The position numbers and the translations under genes are program-made. The notes beneath the pieces are model-generated. The model saw only the letters and a list, made by a program, of their open reading frames with translations. It was not told where the DNA came from and searched no databases. A stretch of 63,539 nucleotides of DNA, filler included, from Octopus bimaculoides (taxonomy: Eukaryota): NCBI RefSeq assembly GCF_001194135.2. It is 5 parts of 3 records of this genome, joined end to end, with 100 filler letters (N's around TTAATTAATTAA, not from the genome) between each part and the next. Parts side by side here need not be neighbours in the genome. Positions count along the whole stretch, not along the records: positions 23,213 to 40,855 come from NC_068984.1; positions 40,956 to 55,631 come from NC_068985.1; 3 more parts are not named here. One strand, 5' to 3'. Position 1 is the stretch's first letter. The number at the start of each line of letters is the position of its first letter. Below, piece after piece: positions 37,440-50,721 of this stretch.

Positions 37440-38667
37440 GATGATGATGATGATGATGGTCAAAAGAGAAATTCATTGAGAATTCTAATAAACTGAAGAG
37501 AATATAAACACTACACAGATAGATCTGAAGTGAAAAATAAAGCTAAACGAGAAAGATATCGACTCTTGGAACAAAAGAAATAAACAATGAAATACTGACA
37601 TGTTTATTAAATTTCTGTAAGCTGGGTAAAATAAAGAACAATATGTTAAGAGAATCCCGCAATTAAATACACATACGATAAAAATATTTAAAAGAAGCTT
37701 TAAAAAAATATTTTAAAAAAAGATGGAGTTAAAACAGAATTCATTGCAAGTCAAAATGGCATTAAAAGTGTGTGATAAACAAAAGATTAGTGTGTAAAAC
37801 AGTAAGAGGGCAACAGAGAAAAAAATAATTACAGAGATTTATAGAGAAGCATGTTGCTACATTGATAGAAATGTAAGGAAGAAGAAAGGAAGGATATAGA
37901 AGGAGAAAATATTAAACCTGAAAGATAAAAGACTCATTTAATAGTTCGGTGTATATATTTCTATACCTGCATAAAGAAACATACACGCACATCGATACAT
38001 AAACATATGCACACACACACATGTAGGGTATCCATCCATAGAACATTTGCATCAACAATTCTGTGTGATCCATAGAAGAATGGAAGAGTAGATGGTGCTA
38101 ACTAAGGATGATGATAGATGGTATATATAAATTAAAAACGTAAAATTAAAACAGAACACAAAGGATTCCGCGGTACACGTGTTTCAAGCTTTATACACAA
38201 ACAGTTGTTGCATCATGATATGAGTATATAATTGATACACAGGATGGTTTAAAGCTATCTTCAGCCGCAAATATATTCTTTCCCAAGATTATATCACAAA
38301 GAAGAAGTCACAAAGAAAAAAGAAAAAGAGAGAGAAAAAGGGGAAGTCCACTTGGTATTGTCCATTGTAATATCCATTGTAATATGTTTATCCTTTAAGT
38401 TGATACATTTACATAAAAGTTCATCGGTATTCCGAAATCTGTCCATATTGTGTCACAATTCAGGGTAGAGTGAATGATAAACATAACTAGCGTATATGAG
38501 ATAGAAGTAGAGGATCAAAAAAGAAAGAAGCTGGAGGTTAAAACAATATAAAATACGAAGAAAACAATATAAAATACACAAATATTAATACAAAAATAAT
38601 AGAAGTCAAATTNNNNNNNNNNTAATATATTATCTATATAATATATATATATGTATATGTATATATA

Positions 38668-39250
38668 CAGGGTGCGATGGGTAAATATTGTCACCGTTTT
38701 ATATTTTTAATTTTGTGAATTCGCATTGTTTGTTTTTAATTTTGTTAACTACACAGTATAGTAGGGTCAGTTGTGCACCATCTGTGAGAAAAACGCAATT
38801 CACTGCCCCAAAAAAAAGCCCTGCTAAGAATATGACGCAATTCACTTCACTAGTAATTTGGAAATGACATGCTGTACTGCTTGGTATTTATGCCGGAGGC
38901 TCCAATATGAACATTTCAGAGTGTTTGGGTGTCAATCTGAAGACAGTGCAGAGGATTTGGAAAGAGTTGGATGAGTCTAATGATGATTACAAAGGTACGG
39001 CAGCTCAGAAAACTCATTCTGATAAAAAAAGAACTCCTGAATTTGTTGGTGAGATCCAGGCCATGATTGACAATGATTCCTCCAAGTCAATCAGTGCCAT
39101 CGCCAGGGACATGAGAGTGTCAGAGTTTCTTATCAGGCAGGAAATTTATGAAGACATTCAGAGTTCCTCATACAAGATGAGAGCGGGCCAAATTTTATCA
39201 CAAGCCATCAAGGACAAGAATATATTGATAGGACGGACAACAAGAAAATG
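38668..39250 (+). mobile_element. maT/DD37D-type mariner, 5' part, truncated
   Basis: TA|CAGGGTGCG terminus. ORF 38907-39251 (ISECLGVNLKTVQRIWKEL...RTPEFVGEIQAMIDND.SKSI.AIARDM.VSEFLIRQ) is a paired-HTH transposase N-terminus, similar to 43240-43620. Confidence 0.8.
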
Positions 39251-39284
39251 AAAGAGACCTCGATATTATGTAAATAAAGGAATT

Positions 39285-39387
39285 TATCTGTAAAAATATG
39301 TGACACTCATTCGGTAGCCATGATAAAACTCCGAAACTCAGAGTTTTATCATGGCTACCAAATAAGTGTCACATATTTTTACAGATA
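39285..39387. repeat. 47-bp near-perfect inverted repeat with 9-nt loop (fold-back/MITE-like)
   Basis: 39285-39331 versus 39341-39387: 45/47 matches. Confidence 0.92.
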
Positions 39388-40287
39388 TATATATATATAT
39401 ATATANNNNNNNNNNNNNNNNNNNNNNNNNNNNNNNNNNNNNNNNNNNNNNNNNNNNNNNNNNNNNNNNNNNNNNNNNNNNNNNNNNNNNNNNNNNNNNN
39501 NNNNNNNNNNNNNNNNNNNNNNNNNNNNNNNNNNNNNNNNNNNNNNNNNNNNNNNNNNNNNNNNNNNNNNNNNNNNNNNNNNNNNNNNNNNNNNNNNNNN
39601 NNNNNNNNNNNNNNNNNNNNNNNNNNNNNNNNNNNNNNNNNNNNNNNNNNNNNNNNNNNNNNNNNNNNNNNNNNNNNNNNNNNNNNNNNNNNNNNNNNNN
39701 NNNNNNNNNNNNNNNNNNNNNNNNNNNNNNNNNNNNNNNNNNNNNNNNNNNNNNNNNNNNNNNNNNNNNNNNNNNNNNNNNNNNNNNNNNNNNNNNNNNN
39801 NNNNNNNNNNNNNNNNNNNNNNNNNNNNNNNNNNNNNNNNNNNNNNNNNNNNNNNNNNNNNNNNNNNNNNNNNNNNNNNNNNNNNNNNNNNNNNNNNNNN
39901 NNNNNNNNNNNNNNNNNNNNNNNNNNNNNNNNNNNNNNNNNNNNNNNNNNNNNNNNNNNNNNNNNNNNNNNNNNNNNNNNNNNNNNNNNNNNNNNNNNNN
40001 NNNNNNNNNNNNNNNNNNNNNNNNNNNNNNNNNNNNNNNNNNNNNNNNNNNNNNNNNNNNNNNNNNNNNNNNNNNNNNNNNNNNNNNNNNNNNNNNNNNN
40101 NNNNNNNNNNNNNNNNNNNNNNNNNNNNNNNNNNNNNNNNNNNNNNNNNNNNNNNNNNNNNNNNNNNNNNNNNNNNNNNNNNNNNNNNNNNNNNNNNNNN
40201 NNNNNNNNNNNNNNNNNNNNNNNNNNNNNNNNNNNNNNNNNNNNNNNNNTATATATATATATATATATATGCATATCTATATATGCA

Positions 40288-40760
40288 GTGCTTGAGAGGA
40301 CCTGTCAAGCCAAGTGAAATCGAGTGTTGGGCCTCATGGTAGCAAAGTGGCTGAGTTCCTTTCAAGTGTTCAGCCTCACAGAAGCAATGACTGAGATCTT
40401 TGGCATTATGTCATGCTTGAAAAGAAGACACATATGCTCAGCAAAATTGTAGTCGTGGAAAATAACGATGTCACGCAAATGGCAGCCATACCGGTGGCAC
40501 GTAAAAGCACCCCGGTGTGACATAAATGGCACCTATGCTGGAGTCATGTAAAAGCACCCCAGTATAAGTGGGACCTGTGCCAGTGGCACGCAAAAGCACC
40601 CATTATACTCCTTGGAGTGGTTGACATTAGGAACAACATCAAATTGTAGAAAACTATACCAGATCAGACTGGAGCCTGGTGCAGCCTTCCAGTGTGCCAT
40701 CCCAGTCAAACCATCCAACCCATGCCAGCATGGACAATAGACATTAAATGATGATGATGA
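40288..40760 (+). mobile_element. RTE-type LINE 3' UTR with (ATG)n tail
   Basis: Homologous in reverse orientation to 54737-55000; ends CCATGCCAGCATGG...TAAATGATGATGATG. Confidence 0.75.
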
Positions 40761-40824
40761 TATATATGTGTATTATGCATGTATGTGTGTATGTATGTAT
40801 GTATCTATATATATACATACATAC

Positions 40825-40855
<31 letters not shown>

Positions 40856-40955
40856 NNNNNNNNNNNNNNNNNNNNNNNNNNNNNNNNNNNNNNNNNNNNT
40901 TAATTAATTAANNNNNNNNNNNNNNNNNNNNNNNNNNNNNNNNNNNNNNNNNNNN

Positions 40956-40998
<43 letters not shown>

Positions 40999-41042
40999 CA
41001 TATATATACATATATATAAATATATATGTATGTATGTATATA

Positions 41043-41208
41043 TACAATGGGCTTCTTTTAGTTTCCATCTACCAAATCCAGTCACAAGGCTTTGGTCGAC
41101 CTGAAGCTATAGTAGAAGACACTTGTCCAAGGTGCCCCACAGTGGGACTGAACTTGGAACCATGTGGTCGGGAAGCAAGCTTCTTACCACGCAGTCACTC
41201 CTGCGCCT
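41043..41208 (-). mobile_element. SINE family B 5' part
   Basis: Similarity to 20740-20900. Confidence 0.8.
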
Positions 41209-43146
41209 TCAGTATATATATATATATAAGTTTACATAACTGCCTACTAACAACTCTACCTGTATATATATAAACTGTGGGTATTGGGATATGACTACTT
41301 TTTACATATATTTCCTATTTAGTACTGAAAATGTTTCATTTATGAGGCTATAGTCCTGTATTTGTCTGAGTGTTGGGTACTTTGATAAAATGCAGATGTC
41401 AAGTTGACCCAGTGTGCCTCCATATTGGTCTTTGGCATGTTGGTAGAATATGGAGGACTGAAAAACCAGTACACATTTATAGAATTTGATACACATGTCC
41501 TTACATACTTATAACAAAAGACTATTCAATAAAATCATCTTATTGCAATTAGTGCCTTGATAAGGCTTATAAAATAACTTAATGCATTGATTAGGTAAGC
41601 TTTATTCATATTGGCTTCAGCATCCCCAGTAGCAGACGTCAATGAGTCCTTGGTATTGTGAGTGTGTCTGTTGATTCCTTCTCAATGACACTCCAGTTAT
41701 AGTAGTGTCATCCTGAGCTAACCATTCTCACCATTGGTAAAGAAGATGAAGTTAATAGGATAATAACAGCCGGATGAGAATACAACACAGAAATGGCTTG
41801 TTCAAGTGTAATGATGGCTGGTTGCAGTATTGCTAAAATTGTATTGATTGGGTATAATACTGAGTTATGTGACAGATAACTCTCCAACTGTGCTTGTATT
41901 AGACAACTGATGCCAGCAGTTTCTCATATATCGTGCATATTGATGACAAAATACCTGATAGTCTTGTGTAACACTTTGAATTGTTCTGTATGATGTATAA
42001 TAATGGACTTCTTAACTGCATCACAATGAATGAACACATGACCAATTAGAGAGATCTCATGGAACTTGCATTGGGTTTAATTATAACCAAGTTACAATTG
42101 GTGATATACTGGGCACACATTCATGTAGACAATGAATATAGTTGGATAGGGCTTATAGAAGAGGGGCGATATTGTATAGAAAGTATTGCTCACAGTTGTA
42201 TTAGAAGTAGACGTAGTAAATAAAGAAGGGTACAAGCAAGGGAAACAATGACAACCAGGCCAAAATTAAGCAATTGTAGAACCTGTTTGCATGTGTTTCT
42301 TACAAGTTGAGTGATATTTCAGACCAAGGGATAAAATGAGTAAGCTGTAATGGAGAAACCTTTAAATTAATCATTGCTACGGATGTTACTTGTGTTCTAA
42401 CTTTCATTGTTGCACCTGTTCTTTATTAATGTAAGTGTAAAGCAAATCCCAAATAACACTGTAATCCTAATAAAGCAGGCTAGGTAACTCTGGAATGAAG
42501 ACTAGGACATAATGTGTGTGGTGACAATTAAATTGAATATGTGTCTTGTAATGAAAGAGTAAAGAACTTCTGGTTGTCAATGCCAGGGAGAGTAAGCAAA
42601 CATTAATCACTCATTGGTTGGTGAAATTAATGATTGTCCATTAATTGGAAAGTGATCAGAAACTATTTCGCCAGTTCAGTAAAACAGAATGCAACCAGAT
42701 ACAAAGTGTGTGGAAAATTTTATATTTTATTTTAGTCCAGACTTAATATGCCAACATTTTATATGTAATCTTACATTATACTTCTCACTATTGTTTACAT
42801 TGACAATTTGACAATCACCAACATAATATACACACACGTGCATGTGCATACACACACACAAAAGAAGAAGAAAGCAAGAGAAAAGAAACAAATNNNNNNN
42901 NNNCTCACTTTTGAAAAAATTTTTCTTTTTCTTTTTTTCCCAGATCATGGAGATTATAAAATTTTTCTGTTTGTTGGTGATACTATGTAAGTTACTATTC
43001 AGGATAAATCATTGTCCATCTGTCCGTTTATCTGTCCATCCATCCCTAACTCTAACCTTAATCCTAATCCTAATCCTAACCCTAACCCTATAAAATTCAT
43101 TCATCCATCTTGTTGTTGTTATTAACATCCACTTTTCCCTGCTTAT

Positions 43147-44384
43147 ATATTTGAGGACATACTTTTTGGGGGGTCATTGCTGCATTTTTTGCTAATTTTG
43201 TATAATCTTTGTTTCAGAAAATAATAATGGCAGACCCTCAGCTTACTCAAGAAATGAAGAGGCATACTGTTATTCTGTTTATAAAGGCTGAGCATAGTGA
43301 TTTAGAAATATTTTGAGTTTTAAAAGTTGTCAGATCTTTTGTCTATAAAGTTCGTAAGGAACTAGAAACTGAAGATGGAAACATATCACCAGTATCAAAA
43401 CATAAGAAGCATTTTAAATGCTCTGAAATCATCAGAACACCTGAATTTATCCAGCAACTTCAACAGACCATTGATTACAATCCTAGAAAGTTCATGAGGC
43501 CAATTGCAAAAGATCTCCATGTGTCAGAAGGAACAGTTAGAAATGTTGTCCACAAAGACATCAGATATAAGTCTTATATGATGAGGAAATGTCAATTTAT
43601 CAGAAAAAGCAAAAGAAAATCACTACATTGGATCTAAAAGCCTCTTAAACAAACTGAAAAATCCAGCAGAAGTAGATTTGATTTGGCTTTTCTCAAACAA
43701 GGAAAACTTCGACCAAGATCAAAAAGTTAACAGAAGAAATGACAGATGGTTAAGTGCAGACCCTTCTGAAGTTCCAAGTGTTATGCAGACAAAATTTCCT
43801 GCAACTGTCATGGTTTTAGGGGTTGTCAGCAATGAAGGACATGTGATGCATCCTTACCTCTTTCTGCAAGGCCTTAGAGTTAACTCTGCTGCCTAGATTG
43901 AGGTCCTGGAAATAATTGTTAATCCCTGGAAAGACTGTGTATGCAATGGAAGGCCATATGTGATTCACTAAGACTCTCCACTATCACACATGACTCTAGT
44001 AACACAGGAATGGATGGCTGAAAATTTTCATGATCACCGAACCCCTAACATTTGGCCTCCAAATTCCCTAGATCTCAATCCATTGGACTATTACATGTGG
44101 AGCATTGTTGAGAGAGAGGTCAATGAACACGCCCATAACACCAAAGATTCTATGAAAGCTGCCATAGTCAGAGTAATGTCCAAAATGAACCAGGACCACT
44201 TGATTTGAACATGTAGATGATTTAGATCTCATATAGAAGCAGTTGTTGAAGATGAAGGTGGCTTTATTGAATAACATTTATTTTTGTCCTTGGAGCATTT
44301 TTTGATAAATAAAGTTATTATCTGTTACTATATACCTGTCTTTTTATAAACATAAATCTATCCTCAAATATCTTACGCACCCTG
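43147..44384 (+). mobile_element. Near full-length maT/DD37D-type mariner, pseudogenised
   Basis: Right TIR TATCCTCAAATATCTTACGCACCCTG; partial left TIR ATATTTGAGGACA at 43147. Peptides FS.KENFDQDQKVNRRNDRW, TKFPATVMVLGVVSNEG and WPPNSLDLNPLDYYMW. Confidence 0.88.
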
Positions 44385-44469
44385 TGTGTGTGTATATATA
44401 TATATATATANNNNNNNNNNNNNNNNNNNNNNNNNNNNNNNNNNNNNTATACATACATACACACACGTG

Positions 44470-45510
44470 CATATATGGGTACAGCACGTCACCAACAGTA
44501 AACAACATGAAATATGAAAAGAAATGAGTTCAATATATAAACAACAAGAGAAACAAATAGAAAACAGAAGTAACATAAAGAATAACCCTTCATCAATTGT
44601 TGGCTATCTATCTACTCCTCATTATTTACATTATTTATATTATTCACATTTGACGGATATTTGTCCTCATCATGATTGGTAGAAATAGCTTTGGCAGGGA
44701 CAACAAGGAATGGAAGTAGTTCCAGTGGGTGCGGGAGGAGGTGTTCATTAAGGAGTTGGATTGTAATATATACTGATTCTGTTCTCCGGTAATTGCAGTA
44801 GTCAATAGTACCATAGAAGCAGTGGGGCAATAGGTGTGAGGGGATCAGAATTGAGGGGAAATGCTTTATGGATATACATTTGAAATATTTCACAATCTTT
44901 TCATCAGTGTTTGTGGAATTTGATCTATTACCATGATCAGATCAACTGTTAATTCTTCCATTCTCTATAAAATTACCTACATCCTCTCCATCAATTAGGC
45001 CTGTGCAATACACTCACTAGTTAAATTTCTTTAAATACCTTCTTGAAGTACCTTTATGCAATCATGAGATACATGCTTGCTTTACAGTTTCTTCCAATAT
45101 GTTTACAGTATTAAGAACAAAGAACGCCTGAGCACTTTCTGGTAGAGAAGTCTGAATTTTAATAAAATAGCATTAAAACTTATGCATAGCGGTCTTCTGG
45201 AAGAATATTTTTTTCAAATCCATGTATGCGTTTGTTTGTGTCGTTGTCAAGATAAATTTTATGAAGCTTATCAGTAACAAATTCAAGTCCAGTATCTTTA
45301 CCATTAGTCACTGACTGTTATGTTACATAAATATTCATATGTTAATACATATGATAAAAATGGCTACTCTTTGTTTTTTGTTTTTGTCCATTTCTTTATG
45401 TTATTCAACCACCTTCTTTATAGTCTTCCTCTACCATTCCACATTTGTTGATATTGAGTTGCCTCCCATTTATATACAATGAGTTATTGCCCCTACCTCA
45501 GCTGTCTTTT
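44470..45510. mobile_element. Probable Penelope-like element remnant
   Basis: Repeat-like, with a broken hammerhead-like TTGATGAAGGG on the minus strand and an inverted partner at 46176-46305. Class inferred, no clean protein motif. Confidence 0.35.
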
Positions 45511-45711
45511 TTTTTTTTTTGGTAAACCCATAGTATCAAATATATTTAAAAGTTTCGTTTTTATTCCATATAAGCAATTGACATTAGACAATATTGGATA
45601 TTGCCTTGTGAAATTCACCATTAAATTTAAAGGTACAACAACCAATTGTATCAGAAATAATATTTCTCATCGGGCTAGGATTAATAGCACTGTTTGCTAC
45701 CACTGTTATAT

Positions 45712-46088
45712 TGTTGTTGTTGGCACTCCGTCGCTTACGACGTCGAGGGTTCCAGGTGATCCGATCAACGGAACAACCTGCTCGTGAAATTAACGTGCAA
45801 GTGGCTGAGCACTCCACAGACACGTGTACCCTTAGCGTAGTTCTCGGGGATATTCAGCGTGACACAGTGTAACAAGGCCGACCCTTTGAATTTCAGGCAC
45901 AGCAGGAAGTAAGAGTGAGAGAAAGTTGTGGCGGAAGAGTACAGCAGGGTTCGCCACCATCCCCTGCAGGAGCCTCGTGGTGCTTTACGTGTTTTCGCTC
46001 AATAAACACTCACAACGCCCGGTCTGGGAATCGAAACCGCGATCCTATGATCGCGAGTCCGCTGCCCTAACCACTGGGCCATTGCGCC
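45712..46088 (-). mobile_element. SINE family C, well-preserved full-length copy
   Basis: tRNA-like head with A box TGGCCCAGTGG and B box GGTTTCGATTCC; (AAC)n tail. Confidence 0.92.
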
Positions 46089-46989
46089 TGCACTCCACTG
46101 TTATATACTCATAGATATAACAATATCTCAATCGCCATTGTTTACGTTCACAACCACTTAACACTGCTGAACAGCAGACAGTTGAGGTAGGGACAATAAC
46201 TCATTGTATATAAATGGGAGGCAACTCAATATCAACAAGTGTGGTCTTATACAAATGGTAGAGGAAGACTATAAAGAAGGTGGTTGAATAGAAATGGACA
46301 AAAACTATGATGATCGTTACTATTTGACTTTCACGTTTCAATCCCTTCAATTTTGTCTCAGTTGATTTCAAATTTGGTGCATTGATTTAGTTTTGTATGC
46401 TAATTATGGAAATAAATTAATTAATAAACAATTAATAGCTTTTAAAGTTTGCAAATTTTGTGTAAGTTTAGTCAATCATAAACCTCAGATATATAGATGC
46501 CTGTTTCCATAGTAACAAGCCAAGCATTGGAACTCTTGTTTACGAACGATTTTATGTTGCTTTCCTTCTTGTTCCCATCTGTTGCTGTTTTTGGATATTT
46601 TACGTTGCATTTTGGATACCCACCAAAATGTCTTGTTTACTTGTTTTTTTTTCGGTCGTTTTTTGCATATTAAATGCTCAAAAGACATGCTATTATCACA
46701 ATGTTGACATTGTTTTGTAGTCTTACAATTGCAGTCACACACAAAATAATAACTTCCAAATCCTGTTTTCTGACGGAGTGAAAACAATCAAACTTTAAAC
46801 CTCTGAAACTTTTTTTTAATTTTCTGGAACAAGTGAATTAGGCCCTGAGATTCAGTTTTAAAAATTACACATCAATTTTAAAATTTCAAAAACTGCAGCC
46901 AAACGGAAATGATCCACCAATCCTTTTGGTTTCTTGTCAAAAAGATCCTCACTAAATTAGCAAAGCCCTCTTTTCATTCCCTTTTAAAC

Positions 46990-48040
46990 AATAAGAGCTT
47001 TATAAGCAGTACCTCCATGGAGAAAACCTCCTCCTTTGTTGCCTGCTTTACATCTAACTACACACCTTTGGCCAATTCTCTCTGAATCTACCTCCTTTCA
47101 CTCCCACCTGCATGAACATATATACACATACCAAATGCAGAAATTCTTCCAGCTGCTTCAAACAAGGCTACCGACTCTGACAGTTTCCCTTCCATTACAC
47201 TTAAATGTTGTGCTCCAGAACTTGTTCTTGTACCCACCAAACTCTTTACTTTTTCACTCTCTACAGAGATATACACTGACATTTGAAGTATATTTCAGTG
47301 TATCACATTCCAAAGAAAAGGATTCTTTCAACCTGGCCAACTATGGTCCAATTGCTCTCACATCTGACATCTCCAAGGTAACAGAGATAGTCCTTAACAA
47401 TGACATTCACCAATACTTTGAATCTCTCTACTTCTACAGAGCCAGATTACTGGTGACTTGCTTTCTTATAGCACTTACTAGTGGGTCTCAATTTATGAAA
47501 GTTCAGTGAAAATAATGTTGTTGTTCTAGATGTTAGAAAAGCTTTTGACCATGTCTGGCTTGCAAATCTATCAAAATTTCTTACCTATGGACTTCACCCT
47601 TCCTTCCTGACTTGGATCAGCAGCTTCTTATCAGATCATATAGCTGCAGCATGTATTGTTGGGGCTCTTTCTGCTCCACTTACAATCAACTCTTCTGTTC
47701 CTCAGAGTTCAATTTTATCCCTTCCCTCTTCCATACATCAATAACCTACCTACTGCCTCATCCAACAATACCCACTCATAAGAAGGTAAATTAACTCTTC
47801 ATTCCTCTTTGACTTTCCCTAACTATGCAGCATCCACACACAAACCACACACTATGCAAAAAAACCTGCATTAATTCTATAAACAAAAACTTAGGAGAAT
47901 CCTTCATTGGGTCCATGCCAACATGTCTCTTTAACATCAAGAATACACCACTTCCAACATCTCCATAAACATAAGCAGCACTCAAATAGAACCTACACAA
48001 TTACTATTACTAAGGATCTCTCCTGGTGACAACACAACAC
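46990..48040 (+). mobile_element. CR1/Jockey-like LINE reverse-transcriptase remnant
   Basis: KEKDSFNLANYGPIALTSDISKVTE and LDVRKAFDHVW...WISSFLS correspond to NYRPI.LTS..K and D..KAFD RT motifs, with stops and frameshifts. Confidence 0.8.
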
Positions 48041-48057
48041 AAAGATGCCTTTCTTTT

Positions 48058-48330
48058 CTTCATCACTATCATTATCATTGTTTAACATCCATCTTCCATG
48101 CTGGCATGGTTTGACAGGAGCTAGCCAAGCAGAAGCCTGCACCAGACTCCTGTGACTATTTTGATAGGGTTTTTACAGTTGGACGCCCTTCCTAACACTA
48201 ACCATCCAGCAGGATGAATTTAGTACTTTTTATGTGGAACAAGTATAGATAAGGTCAGTTTTGGCAAGGTTTTTACAACTGGATGGCCTTCCAAATGCCA
48301 ACCACTTTACAGTGTGGACTGGATGCTTTA
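48058..48330 (-). mobile_element. RTE-type LINE 3' end fragment
   Basis: Similarity to 54737-54920. Confidence 0.7.
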
Positions 48331-48359
48331 TTAAGTGGTACCTAATAAGTGGTACCTCC

Positions 48360-48400
48360 CCTCTATAAAAATTTTTGTCTCACAAAAATTTTTATAGAGG
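48360..48400. repeat. Perfect 19-bp stem palindrome with 3-nt loop
   Basis: CCTCTATAAAAATTTTTGT-CTC-ACAAAAATTTTTATAGAGG. Confidence 0.92.
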
Positions 48401-48518
48401 AGAGGGGGAATTGGAAGAAGTGATCTTGTGTCAGATGATGAAAGTTTATAGTGAGACAGAGAGACAGAAGCAGGTGTCTTGCTGTAGAAGAAGTATAAGG
48501 TTACCTGGCTGGAGATAG

Positions 48519-48559
<41 letters not shown>

Positions 48560-50364
48560 TATCAGAAATGAGGACAGAAACAGGTGAAAAAGAGATCGAG
48601 AAAAAGGTAGAAAAGGAGGTTGAGAAGGAGGTTATAGAGGAGGAGGAGACAGAAACAAGCATACTTGAAGGTTTTTTTTAACCAATGAAGTAGAACAGCA
48701 ATGAGAAGAAACAGCGACACTAACTGAAATGGAAGAAGTGGTGCCATGAGTGGAACATGGTAAACAAGCAAGGTGGAGAAAACATAGTTGGAATTTTGTG
48801 ACATATGCTAAAATTGTAGATACAGAAAAAATGGTAATGAAACTGAAATCCGTTATAAGGGTTAAGTTGCCCAAGGAGATGTATGGTGATACTGTGAAAG
48901 CAATTTTAATCGACAAAGAAAAATATAGCAAGCTGAAGGAAAAGTGTAATGTTGAACCACCGGGATGTGTGGTGGAGTTCAATGAACTACCACCAGTAGT
49001 AGAACTAAGTGAAATAGAGCCATACATAAGGTATTAAAAAAAGAGAGTAAATTGTTGTTTTAACAAAAAGGAAAAAAAAGAAAAAAGTAAACAAAATGAT
49101 GCTAATAGTAAAAAAAAAACACCAAGAAAGAAAAGATTATAAACTGAAAATAAGAACGTTCAAATGGTACTGCATGTGAGTGGAGTGCATGCAGCCATTT
49201 CATCACCATCGATTTCATTGTACATATTTCCATTTTTCATTTGTTTAATAGTTTTTGTCCCCACTGTGGTGTTCTGTCGGTCCTTGTGCTGCCCCCACTG
49301 TGCCATGGCCTAGGTGCCAAATAAAAAGAATTACAGTCAGCGAGGTACGCTGTTCGGGCCAGTTCCACAGAGATGACGAAATACATCGTCATAATGCGGG
49401 ACATAACAGTTTATGTCTATAAATACAGCAACATGATTATTACATAAGTAGAACAGTGGAAAATTTTCTATCACATCAATTCTACTAATTAGTATTAGAA
49501 ATATAATAGAGATAAGGGTTAGCAGTGTCCCTTGTCTTAGAGATACTGTGGATATATGGTGGAGCTAGGGATCATTAGTGTTTGTTACCCTAGAGATACT
49601 GGGATATGGTCACTTGTCCTACAGACATTGTGTTATATGGTAGAGTTAAGGATCAGTAATGTCCATTGCCTTAGGAATTGTCTGGTAAAGATAACGGGAA
49701 ATGATGATTCATCAATATTTTCATCATTGAGAGGTTATGTTATGGGGTGGTGGGTGGCAGAGTCAGGGGAATGTCTCTTTATGTTCTGAGTTCAAATCCA
49801 GCCAAAAGCAGGCTTTGTCTCTAATCTTTCAAGGAGTAATAAAGTACAATTCAAGTACTAGAATCAATCTAATCTCCCTTAAAAATTGTGTGTGTTGCAT
49901 CTGTAAGAAATCATTATTAACCCCATAGCGTTTAAACCAGCCATATCCATCCCAAATGTTCAACTTGTTTTATCTTCAAACAAACCAGATCTAGCCTCTC
50001 ACACCAAACCTACAATGTCATAGAAATAAATAATCACATCATTGAAACCTTGAAGCTATGAGTCAATACATGATTAATTCAAAACTATATGAATAAATAA
50101 GCATTACATTTGACAGAATAATCTGAACACTAAAGGATTAAGAGAATCTTAAGTGAGATCCATACAAAACATTTCCTTGGTTACAGGACAGTGTGAAGGC
50201 ACTTTTAGAATTGTTTTTGTTTTTCTTTTCTCATCAATTGTAAGCTAAAATGTAAATGGCACAAAAAGATTATGAAATAGTCATCTTTTGGCTGTTGTTC
50301 AGATTTCTGATGCATTAATCCTATTTCTATTTTCTTGTTTTTTAATACCAGTTATCTTCATACA

Positions 50365-50721
50365 GGAGGCGCAATGGCCCAGTGGTTAGGGCAGTGGACT
50401 CGTGATCATAGGATCACGGTTTCGATTCCCAGACCAGGTGTTGTGAGTGTTTATTGAGCTAAAACACCTAAAGCTCCACGAGGCTCCGGCAGGGGATGGT
50501 GGCGAACCCTGATGTACTCTTTCACCACAACTTTCTCTCACTCTTACTTCCTGTTTCCGTTGTGCCTGTAATTCAAAGGGTCAGCCTTGTCACACTGTGT
50601 CATGCTGAATACCCCTGAGAACTACGTTGAGGGTACATGTCTGTGGAGTGCTCAGCCACTTGCACGTTGAAAGATCAACTGGAAGCCTCGATGTCGTAAG
50701 CGACGGAGTGCCAACTGCAAC
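50365..50721 (+). mobile_element. SINE family C, full length
   Basis: GGAGGCGCAATGGCCCAGTGGTTAGGGCAG...GGTTTCGATTCCC head. Confidence 0.92.

Noticed and set aside
43066-43091. CCCTAA-like run as an interstitial telomere
   Set aside because: Only two exact units amid degenerate hexamers; too short to support.
44476-44600. Minus-strand TTGATGAAGGG...ACCC as a long-stem-II hammerhead
   Set aside because: Core C is missing and no GAAA or stem III follows.
49375-49395. ATGACGA/TCGTCAT small hairpin as a ribozyme
   Set aside because: No hammerhead, twister or HDV core could be assembled around it.
50365-50440. tRNA genes at SINE heads
   Set aside because: A/B boxes continue into SINE bodies repeated across the window; no complete cloverleaf.
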